Source of the DNA: Phoronis australis
Taxonomy: Eukaryota > Animalia > Phoronida
Direction: 5' to 3'
NCBI GenBank assembly: GCA_002633005.1
Contig: NMRA01000835.1
Span: forward strand, 62,001-126,000
DNA: 64,000 nucleotides
The notes below the pieces were generated by a model. It had not been told where the DNA came from and searched no databases. It saw nothing but the letters and a program-made list of their open reading frames with translations. Shown in pieces: positions 1-12,400 of the stretch. The position numbers were made by a program, and so were the translations under genes. Within the stretch, counting starts at the first letter, position 1. Each line of letters opens with the position of its first letter.

Positions 1-1989
1 CAGTAAAGGTTATGCTGCATAATTATTAGCGCGTCACAGCCTAGAAATAATTTTAAAATTTATCTCAGTAACTAGAAGTTATTGGTGTATTCCCAGATAC
101 TTTGCACATGTACTTTTTCTAAGGTGAGTTTCAATTATTTTTCAGAAATAGTTATGCCGAGCCTAAGATCAAACATTTGACTTCAGATTTAAATCACCTT
201 TCATGAAACAGACACCCGGACTCACTTGAAGGTCAATCGGAATATATTTGAGCGGCATTCTAGGTATTCCGACAGCATTGGAAATGCATATGATCCATTT
301 TAAAATCTAAGTAGATTCCATCAGCAATCAGAATACATTCGATGCGTATTCCTGTTCATTCGAGGTAGATTGGGGACATTGTGGCCGGATAGGGAGTGAC
401 TTGTCGACTCCTTTTCCCTTGAACGCCACCAAAATGTCTTTTTTCCTGTTATAATGCAGTTAGAATGTTAAAAAATGCAGTCATAATAAGGCACGCATGT
501 TTTCAACATGAAAATAATTCATGACGGCCACAAGGATGGAACCGACTGTACGTAGAATGCGGAGAAAGTCTTAAAACAGACTTCAGATATCCCGGAGTAT
601 GCGAAGAATTCTGATTCCGACGGCATTCCGGCTGACTGTAACTCTTCTGTGAATAAGGTTCAGAATAAGTAACCTGCTTGCGTTTAAAAACTCGCCCTTA
701 TTGTTTGGGTTTCAAAACTCAACCATATCGTTTTCGTACGAACGAGCTCAAGCACAACTCTGAAGTAGCGTCACTTACTGCTTTTCCCGCGAAAGTTCAA
801 CGAGCCCTTGTAGGCCTACATTGCAATGTGAAGCCACTGTGAGCCCACCTTCCGTTAAGGAAGTGCGTAACATTACTCACTGCAGCTATAAAACAGTTTC
901 AACTTGTTCCTTACCTTGACAGGCTTGCAAAAAACTGACACCTTGATTATTCCTTGAGATCATGCTGGCCACATAAAATGACACGCCGTGACAAGCCAAC
1001 TTGTAACGCCTGTGGTCTCGAGCAATAAGGACTGCCAATGCTTTGGAAGTCTGAAAACATATCTTATTTGTCTACAATGTGAGATCAATTTCTTAATGGC
1101 AAAGGGGTCTAAATCAAAAGTAGTCTAGGTTTTGGCAGTGGCAGAAAGGGCATATATAAATATAAAACGTTCTTCTCTGCGTACACGGTATGAGTATGAC
1201 AGCAAGCTAAAATCCTAGAAAATTCTGTAATTTCGTAGAAAGTCCTCCATCGTAAACTCAAAGTTAGCGTTTTAAAATACTCGGAAAGAAGACAGCTTTG
1301 AAAAATATTCAGAACTGCCTTAGATGGACACATAAAATCGGTCAAAATATTATTTAAAAGCGTTTCGAAATTCGCGCCAGTTTCAGTTATAGAAAAAAAA
1401 TTTTCATGAGGCTGCATAGGCGGATTTATGGGGGGCAGGGGGCCCGCCCCCCTTGGATGCCGCAAAAAAATAAAACAGCAAGAGCGTAAGGAAATGTTGA
1501 GTTTATTAATTAACCCCGGTAATTAAAAACATACGGCTGAAACAAGATTTAAATGTGTGCAGTTTTAATGTGGGGGGGGGGGAGGCTCAGATCCAATTTC
1601 AAGTGTCAAATTCGGAACACGACGCAATCGTAACGGAACTATGGCTAAGTATGGGCTCTCTCCCGCGATATCTCAGGCGACAGGCTTTGGAGCTAGGCAC
1701 TGCGACTCCGTTTCCGTCGTCTGCTCCACTGTGCAATGAAGAAAATTATAAATTCATTTTGAAACTGGAATCTGAGTGATGGTGAAAAAACAGAAGCTGC
1801 TGGTAAGATGTCAATTTTAATATAAGCTTTAGTGAATCACTCAGAAACTCATGATTTGCAGCGCAAACGAACTACGCATTGCGCATGTGCGAGTTACTTC
1901 CTGCGCGAAGGCTCATGGGATAGCTTGTGGTCGGGCATGTCTTGAGCAGGCTGGATAGTGTGTGCATTTGGAGTGATTTGCAAACTAAA

Positions 1990-2530
1990 AACCATGTTTC
2001 ATTTTTTTGCTTTATAATACCAAGCAAGTCCTCTCTCTCGTTTGTAAACACAGCGTAGCTATGATCAGTGACCGTGTGACCGAGGGCACGACTGTCGTCA
2101 TGTTCAGTATTGGGCCTATCGGCGTTGATTTCGAAATCTCCTCCGATTTCATAGTTCTTGGGTTGCTTAACTTTTGTAGCTTTCGCCGTGGATGTGCTAG
2201 AGACGTTAATTTTAAGAGGAAACTCCGTCGGAATGTTGTTCTCATACGTCTTTTTTCCACCAGGAAAATGTTCGCTGCACACACGATGGCCCCTAGGCAA
2301 TTACATCGCACTGGATGCCGCAGGCATTGGGGCGATAGTACATCCTCACAAAAAGTTACTCATTTCAAAATACAGCAAATAAAATCAAATGAACCATACA
2401 TATAGGAACACGGATTTATAATTAACACATACCACGACTCTGGATACAATTTAGTCAGCAAAGCTTCAAGTGAACAAATCGATGAAAATCTGTCGCGTTT
2501 GCTCGAGTTTGTCTCAGTTACCGGGTGCCA
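1990..2530 (-). pseudogene. THAP-domain remnant, probably from a DNA transposon
   Basis: The minus strand encodes DFHRF (about 2475-2489), a donor cgtg|GTATGT near 2432, then HRVCSEHFPGGKKTYENNIPT and a later DHSY motif. It is disrupted by stops. Confidence 0.6.
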
Positions 2531-2776
2531 TTTTGAGGAAGTTACGTGAAATTACGCATGTTGACGAATAAAAAGTCTAAGGGACACACAGATAGATAGG
2601 ATGGATAGGGTATTAGACAAGGCAAATGAATCCGAACTAAGCCGGTGAAGAGCCAGATAGAATAAACAATGAACATGTGTAGACAGGTCGTTATAACACA
2701 CACCGTGATTTTATTGTCCGTTTTTATCCATGTTTAGTTATAACTCGTTCGCTGTGCAAAAGTTATCAAATAAACA

Positions 2777-2901
2777 TAGTGGTGAGAGCACTTGACCGGC
2801 AATCCAGAGACCTGTGGTTCGACTCCCAATTGGGGTTCCTGATTTTTCTGTGTTTATTTGATATATTTCACTGCTGGCCAACCTCATCGTATATATATTT
2901 A
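2777..2901 (+). repeat. tRNA-derived SINE-like repeat, copy 1
   Basis: agtggtgagagcacttgaccggcaatccagagacctgtggttcgactccc (A-box/B-box-like) plus a non-tRNA body shared with 12573-12703. Confidence 0.7.
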
Positions 2902-4139
2902 CAACAAAAATTATCATTTATAGTTCATTTAGGCCAAAACCAAATGTTTTTGTTCATCGGGTAGAAGATAAATGTGACTTACACGGTGTACTTACTCATG
3001 TACAATAGGTTTCTTGAGATACTTCTTATGCCGCGAGCACTTTCCAGAGAGCGAATTTTCATTCGGTGTTTATTTTGGCACGACTGTGCTTCATTTTAGA
3101 TCAATTTCGGCAGTTATCTCGAACATCTAATCTAAGTAACACTAAAATCACTTTATGCCTTAAATTTTCATTGATTTTTTATTTTTATTTTTATTTTTAT
3201 TGCCTTCGAGAACAGCGACAGGCTAAGATATCAAGAAAAATGAGATAGTGGAAAATTTAAAAACGACATAAAATAACAAATGAATCAAAACTTTTTTCCT
3301 TCTATTAAACAAACCTTTGAGGTGGACCACTTGCCGCTATCAAACTGGTCTCAAATTTATCCTTAGTCAAATTAACGGTGACTTCTGGGATTCGAACGAA
3401 CTTCGCTATTGCTGGAGACCATGCTCTACAAGCTGGCTCGTCACGATCGGTCATCTTATGCGCCTAGCATGGTCTCAAGGAAAAACCAATTGCCAGTTAT
3501 TTGCAAGTCCTAAATACATTTCTCATCTGAATATTCTACAGCCGTTAGTGGTCTACATCAAAATTTTGTTCCTCATAAGACGGAACGCGGGTATGTGGCC
3601 GCTTTTTTAATCTTGGATTGCGAGTCCAATTCTTACGAGGCCGTTCAGAAAGTGAAAGAAACCACACGTTTATTCGACACCCTTTATTCTACAGGTGCGC
3701 TTTCAACCAACCTGAGCCCGGTCTCTAATCTTTGTACTCGAAACGAACCCGAAACTATTTTTGGCAATTTCTCTGCTCCTTTTGTGCTAACTTAAGATAA
3801 TTGGTTATCAGACTGCGCTCGAATACATTATAGTTTATGCATAGGAGTTTCTAGTTCAAGTTTGCCCTTGAAGACCCTTATATTCGTGCTACAAACTCGA
3901 GTAAAAACTCGAAATTTCGAGTTCATACTCGAACTTATTGCTTTAATATTGGGTTTACAAACTGTGAACTAAGGGCAATAAATTATCTACGTAAGTTATT
4001 GTGTACTCGAGCATAGAATAATAGACACTTATCTTGAGTTCGCCCAAAAGTAGAGTAGAAAATGCCAAACCTAATTTCGAGTTCCATTTTGAGTAAAAAG
4101 ATTGGAGACCGGGCCCTGATCTAGAGCACATTGAACCAA

Positions 4140-4418
4140 AGGCATAATAAAACATCTCTTTTGTCCACAATCCAGAGTCGTAAATTGAACTTTTTTGGGC
4201 ACACGGAAAGACACGACAACATACAGAAATACATACTATACTGTAACGTGGAAGTGAAAAGAGCAAGAAGACGACAACGATTAGTGTGGAGGGATGACAT
4301 CAAGACATGGACAAGATCAACGATGACAGAATGCACCAGACTGGCAAACAACAGAGAGAGATAGACGTCCACTTCACGTCGACATCAAAAGAGATGACAC
4401 CCTATGATGATGATAATA
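4140..4418 (+). mobile_element. RTE-clade non-LTR retrotransposon 3' end fragment
   Basis: LLSTIQSRKLNFFGHTERH...VEVKRARRRQRLVWRDDIKTWT...RLANNRER matches the typical RTE C-terminal pattern, followed by a (GAT)n tail at about 4404-4414. Confidence 0.85.
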
Positions 4419-6077
4419 AAACATGTTCTACAAAATCTCTGCAACCTCTTTATTCAAAGACATTTGTACTAACACACTTTGTACGGGTATAACAAGCGCT
4501 GGCATTGAGTAAATAAATTAAACGTGAATATAGTCTGACCATAAGCACCAGGCAAAAATCATAACAGATCTAACACTATCACCTTGTCACAAATTTTGTG
4601 AACTACTTAGATTTCCCAATGCACATTCTAGAAAATATAGAAGCTACATCCCTGACAATGGTGGTCCCTTTTGAGTTCATAATTTCATAAAAAATATGGT
4701 ACATGAGACCTAACACAATTCAACGAAAATAATACTGCACAGCAGATCTATCAAATAAACCCAACAAGATTCAACAATTTAACCTTTCAAGTTCCACCAG
4801 GGATCTGATCCCCTGAGGAACTCTAGCAAAGATTGGAGATCCTTTTTATTTTTCCCCCATGTCTGCAATATCTACTAACTGAATCCCAAAAGGCAGATTC
4901 AAATAAAAATGTTCAAAAATTTTTGCTAACTAGACTAAACAATACAAAACATGTATTTGAATCAACAATAACAACCTGTATCCAATTAGTATGATAACAA
5001 CGAATATACAACAATCCATTGAAAACTGCAACAAGTAAATAACGAGAGAAAAACGTTTTTATTTTTGTGATCAAACCTATTAACTTATCCAAAATTGCTT
5101 ATCTATTTCATTCTTAGGTACAACTGTAAACCCCTATTAAAGTCCCACTCAAAACTAATTAGGTCAATCTGAAGTCCCAAACTTCAACCAAAAATAAACC
5201 AAGTTAGCGGTGGTGACTCTTTCCCTTGAAGTTATCAGTAAACTTCATTCAGTTCGTGTTCTCATTAGGTCTCCTTAGGAATATTACCAAACAATATTAA
5301 AATGCCATACCAAAGAATTACACCCCAAAACAAACCTAAACAATGAACACATATGGCACTGTTTGGGACTTTAAATGAGTAAAACTATCTGCAAGAGCCA
5401 CACAAAACACAAGCAAATGACAAACATATTACACCCGAAAAGGTTCCACAGATAGCCATGCAGGTTACCCCAGACTCCAAGTGAACTTTTTAACTCAGAG
5501 TTAACGGACTTAAGTTTAAGTTCTTTCATTTTTCAAGGAAAATTCTTTTGGACTGTCTGTATGCAAAAGACCACACATAAGCTATACTGCACATTTTCGA
5601 AGAATGGCCAACAAGAAAGAGGACTTTTTTGGAAACAAGATTGAAAAAATGCCCCCTTCGCTGCTCTTTCTGGATTATTTTCCCCAGGGCATCTATACAG
5701 AAAAGCTGTGTAAGATACCAGTCCTGTAAACAAAGTGAACCCTAGCAGACATTCCAAGTCCATGATCAACCAACGTGCAGTGGTCTGCAATACCATTGCC
5801 CTTGTACTTGAGCATATTAGCTAGTCATCCAGAGCGAACTTCATGAAGTAAAGTATCTATTTTGTCCTTAAAACGCCATACATTGTATGTCAGCCAGAAT
5901 TATGACTTTGGTAAACAGCATGGTGTAAGAAATATCCTCGGACCATAATTACCTTTTTATGCACAGTCTGTGAAATTGTCCAAACAACGTATTTTTGCAG
6001 CAAGTTCTACTGTGTATTTACTAGAGATGTGTGTGAAAAGTGAAGTTTCATTGAAAACATTTTGTCACCTGACTTAT

Positions 6078-6290
6078 GTGCAGCATTGTGGCCTGATGGA
6101 TTGAGTTTCTGCCTCATGTTCACAAGATCTTAGGTCTGAATCCCACTGGCACCCATTGCTAGACTTGCGTCAGGTCTCTAGCTCCTCCGCTATATTAAAA
6201 AACATGAAAATGGTTTCAAGTGTTTGCAACACCCGGCTGAACAGTCTGCATACCTCTGACGCAATCTGTATCAGACCACCCGCATTATTG
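6078..6290 (+). repeat. Degenerate tRNA-derived SINE (a different family)
   Basis: tgtggcctgatggattgag...ggtctgaatccca resembles a decayed A-box/B-box head followed by a body sequence. Confidence 0.4.
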
Positions 6291-6481
6291 TTTGCTTTTA
6301 TGTGCACCTCATCTTGTCTCAGTTAAAGTGTAACATACAAGTGTCTAACTCACTGATATATCAACAGATGCCAGCAAGCTACCAATATGGATATTTGAGT
6401 GGCTGAGGCATGTCCAAAATGCAAAAAGTACATTCATACAGGTATGTGCATTTAAACAATCAAATGCCGTAATAAGAGATT

Positions 6482-9400
6482 CTATCTTTGTTCCGCTGAG
6501 CCACCATAGTTTTCACCTTCTTCAGGATGGCGACGACAGCAACAGTGGCCAACAGGCGTCTTAGCATCCCATTTTTCTACTTCCTCTATTGTCTCTGGCA
6601 TCGCCTTGTCACCCGTCTCCGGCATCAACATCATGAGCACACCAGCCAAGATGGCTGCCACACCGAACAGAGTTCGCGGTAACTGAGGAATCCATCTAGC
6701 CTGGAGGAAGATGCAAGAAATATCCCCAGCGTAGAATTTACTTTGAACATCAACAAAGTCGGCCACTGACTAGTGAACAGCACCTCAAATTTCAGAGGCT
6801 AAATAAAGCTTGCAGTTGGCATCTCTAAATGTTACCGTGCACAAGCAGTGGTGAAAGATATCAACATCTCACCTTGGAAAAAGGAGCTTCTGAATGGATC
6901 AACCTTATTTACTGACTTCACTAATACAAAATGATAGAGCAACTTTTTGTTTTGGCTACATGCCAAGATCCTTTCTCCCACAAATGATGCAGTGCTGGAT
7001 GCGATATATCCAATGCCGCCAAAATTCCATGACTTGCACAACATTAAAAAAGGTGTGTAACCGTTGTACGTTATCCTACCTTGTACAGAATGAATGGTGC
7101 CGCCATGCCACCGAGGGTATCCCAGAAAGAAGCTATGCCATAAGCAGTGTTCCTGAAAAACAATGTCATGCAACAGTGTTAGTAAGGAAACCCTTGTTTG
7201 AAACAGTATTACAGTTGACATTCATTACCTTCATCACGCCTGTGCACATGCAAGCCTATGCACCGAATTTTAATAATGCATTTTGCACATGGATGCATGC
7301 GACATGTTTCAGTTTTAGGTGTAGGCAGGTTTCTCTTGCCCTGGCATAAGTCCTGGTGGATGCTTTGTCATCTGTACATATGTTTTTATAACATTATTTG
7401 CACTTTTTCGATTAATTGCTTGAAAACCTGTCAACTTCACTGAAATAGATAACCCATCCTTCTCTCATTAAACCAATTCCCTAGGACACGTTCCATGAAA
7501 AGTGACTAAAGAATGTTAAAACCAAAATTCAGGTTAACTTTAGACAAAAAAAGAAAATTCAAAAAGACCGTTTCTATGAACACAAGGTTGGTTTTCAGTC
7601 TTCAATCTAAACCTGGACCAAAATCAAATCAGATTTTTCCATCAAAGAGCATACTTATTATGCCGTCATGACCTGTTGTGATAGTACAAAGTTAACCACG
7701 GCAATGTGTACAAGAGCAACGTGGAGCATCGAAATGCACTCACGAATGCACCACAAACAGTGTGCTTCTATTTTTTTTTATTTGCATCATGAAAATGGCC
7801 ACTAGATGGTGCAAAAAATCTAATCTATCTGAAAATGGGAACATGTCATCCCTTCTTTAATAGAAAGCTATCTACCAAATTTCATAAAAATCTGTAAAAC
7901 TTCAGAGAAACAGGAAAACACAAAAAAAAGAAATTGCCACTAGGGGGCACAGCGTTCATCAGATCTGTCTGAAAGTTGTCATTGTCGTTGTCACATTCAT
8001 ATAAATAAACTTGACTAGCAAAATTTAATAACAAATCCTGCAGTGGATTTAGGAGATACAGCTATGGATGCAAAAAAAAACTGTCACTAGGAGGCGCCAC
8101 AGTAGTTGAAGTCATCAGAAAATGATCATAAACTGTCGTATTTAGACTAAGAATACATATCCCAATTCTCACAATCATCCTTTGAGTGGTTTGGTTGATA
8201 GCGGGAGGTCGCCAAAAACAGACTAGAAAAACAGTAAAAAAGGCACAAAATACATTGAATCCATCTGAGAACAGGAACATGTCATCGTTTTTTTAATAGA
8301 AAGCTATTCATTAAATTTCATAAAAATCCATCAAGAAACTTCAGAGAAACAGAAGAAAATGGAAAAAATAAAATTGCCACTAGGGGACCCAGAGTTAGTC
8401 GAATTCATATGAAAATCGTTGTCCATTGTCAACTTCATATAAATACACATGCTAAATTAAATAAAGATCCTGCAGGGGTTTGGAGATACCACTACCAGGT
8501 GCCGCAGTTGCCGTCACCGTAAAGTCATTCACTTCACACTAAAAACAACATGTATGTCAATCTTCACAATCATCCTTAGAGTGGTTTAGTTGAGATAGAG
8601 GCAGACACCAAAAACAGACTTGAAAACAGTAAAAATGGCCACTAGATGGCGCAAAATACCTTGAAACCATCCGAGAACAGGAGGATAGTGTCACATCACT
8701 AATAGATGCCTTAGTGCCAAATTCCATGAAAATCCGTAGAGCATCTTTGAGGATACAAAGATAAACGTAATAAACTAAAATTGCCACTAGGGGGCACACA
8801 GGTAGTTGGATCCATCCAAAATTCGTCGTCATCTTTTGCCAGCTTCATAGCAACACACCTGCCAAATCTCATCAAAATCTTTTGAGGGGTTTAGGAGAAA
8901 CAGCTGCAAACGCTGGACAGACAGAGATGTTGGCAATATGCACCCACATATAAATAAAAATTATGTGGGCGCTTAAATATCTGGTTTCAAGAATAATATC
9001 ACGGTCATGAAAGTCTAATGGGGATTTTTTACAACATTTGGTGCCGTAATTACAGCTGCTCACTTGAAAAGATGACAGTATGACTGGAAAATACGAGACC
9101 GGATGTAGAGTTGGTACATTGCCAGATGAAATGAATTCAAGATAGAACATCGCAGTGGTATTCCCATCTATGTATTTCACGCCACTTATTAAGTGACAAG
9201 ATTATCTGTGACAGTGTTGAAAAACTAATAAAATTTTATTTCAAATAATTAGCGTATAAGAATTTTCAGTTTGTCAAATATACAAGTTCGAACATTGAAC
9301 CATTCATTAGCAATAAATGTTAGAAACAATCCATCCGGAAAAATAAAAACTGAAACATTAACTGCTGGGCAGTTTTCTTTGTCTACTATTGTATCTTAAC

Positions 9401-12400
9401 TTATGGAAAGCAAACAGTTTCCCACAGCACTGGAAAACAATGCTGGAAACTGTGCTGATTTGTACAACTGTTAGGACTGTATTGCAAAACTGATTTTATG
9501 CTAACAGCAAGGGCGAATCGAGGATTGCTGCGATCAGACGTTTGTGTCAGTAAAAACACATACACATACACTGCATGCATCATAACGAAATGTTTTGTTT
9601 GACTTTGAATTAGATTTTTGGGTAATTATGTAGAAAACAATGTTTAGTCGTCGATTTATTTATGATGACCCAGATGAAACTAGCGAGGCCTTCAAATAGC
9701 CGCCTGCGTTGGAATTTTCATCGATAAATCTTTGGTGTTTTTAGAGCAGCTAGTAAAACTGCTTTTTCAGGAACGACAACTTGAACCAATGTTTTAGGAA
9801 ACCAAACGAACTAGTCAAATCAAATATGGCATTGCATACGCCAATTTACTTCACAAGGAAAATGCACAACAACCATGAAATACGGCTTGTACTGTGTATA
9901 CAGATAGGCTCTAATTTCCTGTATTTCACGGCATGTTTCACGGTTTATTGAATGCCTGTATTAACACATATATGGGATAAAATTGTTGCATCACAGTAAT
10001 TTATCAGAAACAAAGATTAGAGAAGTAATCTATTAGTCTCCCTGACACGTGTGTGTAAGTGATGGCCCCATAACATCTCTTTCTCAGGCTGAATGTAGTG
10101 CGCATGTCACATTTGAGATACGTGTCAATGAATGCACTCTCTAACGACCATAATGCGGGAAGTGAACTACTTGATGCACAACTTTTAGTGTGCAATATGA
10201 GTAAGATAATAAAATGCTGGCAGATTATTTTGCTAGTGTGTGATAGTACTCGTGAATTTCCAAGCAAAACCCCACTCTGTTGCACTTGACGACATCTTGC
10301 GTAATCTTCCTACAGTTGCAGGAGACTAGCCCCACTAAACACTCCCCAGTTACCGGACTGTATTGTTATGATTCACCTGATGTTTGTTGGGTAGATTTCC
10401 GCCGAATATAGCAATAGTGAACAAAATGAACCTGTGATGCCAAACTTTCCAATCATGGCCAGCAAGGTGACCAACCAGGACAGATCATAACCGGAGTCTG
10501 AAAGGGAAATAGGTCGTGAACCACAGAATGCTAAAATAAGATCTTGTACACACACAAAACCTACCGAGAGTTGCAAAGATGAAGCAAAATCCCAGGAGAC
10601 ATTATTCCAGATATCGGCGGAGACCGAATGTCAAAGGTAAATACGCGGAATGTCGAGTGGGATATTACTTCATCTACGCCAATCAAGATACCGTAATCGT
10701 TCGGGTTAACGCCCTGGGCGGTTAAATTGGCAAACCCAAAAAATCGGGGGTGGGCGGTTAACCAGACATGGGCGCTTAAACGTGAAATTTCAAGAAATCG
10801 GGGGGGGGGGNNNNNNNNNNNNNNNNNNNNNNNNNNNNNNNNNNNNNNNNNNNNNNNNNNNNNNNNNNNNNNNNNNNNNNNNNNNNNNNNNNNNNNNNNN
10901 NNNNNNNNNNNNNNNNNNNNNNNNNNNNNNNNNNNNNNNNNNNNNNNNNNNNNNNNNNNNNNNNNNNNNNNNNNNNNNNNNNNNNNNNNNNNNNNNNNNN
11001 NNNNNNNNNNNNNNNNNNNNNNNNNNNNNNNNNNNNNNNNNNNNNNNNNNNNNNNNNNNNNNNNNNNNNNNNNNNNNNNNNNNNNNNNNNNNNNNNNNNN
11101 NNNNNNNNNNNNNNNNNNNNNNNNNNNNNNNNNNNNNNNNNNNNNNNNNNNNNNNNNNNNNNNNNNNNNNNNNNNNNNNNNNNNNNNNNNNNNNNNNNNN
11201 NNNNNNNNNNNNNNNNNNNNNNNNNNNNNNNNNNNNNNNNNNNNNNNNNNNNNNNNNNNNNNNNNNNNNNNNNNNNNNNNNNNNNNNNNNNNNNNNNNNN
11301 NNNNNNNNNNNNNNNNNNNNNNNNNNNNNNNNNNNNNNNNNNNNNNNNNNNNNNNNNNNNNNNNNNNNNNNNNNNNNNNNNNNNNNNNNNNNNNNNNNNN
11401 NNNNNNNNNNNNNNNNNNNNNNNNNNNNNNNNNNNNNNNNNNNNNNNNNNNNNNNNNNNNNNNNNNNNNNTGTAGACGCCAGCGCGGTTCCTAAAGTTTG
11501 CGAACATGAGAAGAAAAGAAAGTGACAAAGTGTTCAAGTATTACATTTTGAAGTTAATCGATGACCCGTTACAATAATTTGTTACTGGTATCATAATTCA
11601 CATTGCTAAACCGCGGTCTCTGAGGCCGTCGTTGCACTCAATGTTATCATCGATCTTAATCTAAAAGGTCGGGGATTCGCGTTTCCTATTAGCACAGGGC
11701 GGTAATCACCAATCGTCAAAAGTAGGGGATGGGCGCTTAACCGAGAGGTGGGCGCTTAATTGGAAATCTTCAAAAATAGCAGGGGGGCGGTTAACCGAGC
11801 AGTGGGCGGTTAAATCGAAAATCCACCTAAAGTAGGGGTGGGCGGTTAACTGAGCATGGGCGTTAACCCGAACGATTACGGTACATTTTGTATTTATCCC
11901 ACATTTTGAATTCATAGAACAGGATGAAACCACAAACAACACGACAAATGCCTAAGATTAACAAAGAGTCTTAAACTAACTCATAATTAGATAAATAAGG
12001 TTGAAGGCTGTAAGACATATTTAAGTAAGGGATGTATTTTTTAAATTTACCAGTAGTATTTGGAATGAAGACCGTGACAAAATTGGCTACGCCACTCAGG
12101 ATCTGGAACACACACATGGGCTTACATCGACCACACCTGTAAGAAGAGCCAATCCATTTTGGTGACATGCTACTTCAAAATTCCCAGAAGATTCACCAAA
12201 CAGGTAGAGAAACTGTTAGGGCACATGTAGAAATGTTTCCTATTCACCACGGCCAAAGTAGATAGATGGAAAAAGACTTATTTAATGACCTTTGTTCAAA
12301 CTCATAAATAAAAAACTAGCTATGCCAACTAGTAAAAGTATATATAAAAATATGTATTATATTGATGTGTTTTTAAGAAAAGTACATTAACAGCAAAATA

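Noticed and set aside
6894-7349. 151-aa plus-strand ORF
   Set aside because: It is antisense to SLC22 exon 9 and its flanking introns, with no homology evident.
10727-11537. Three long ORFs of about 250 aa in the track
   Set aside because: They are artefacts of translating through the 660-N gap.
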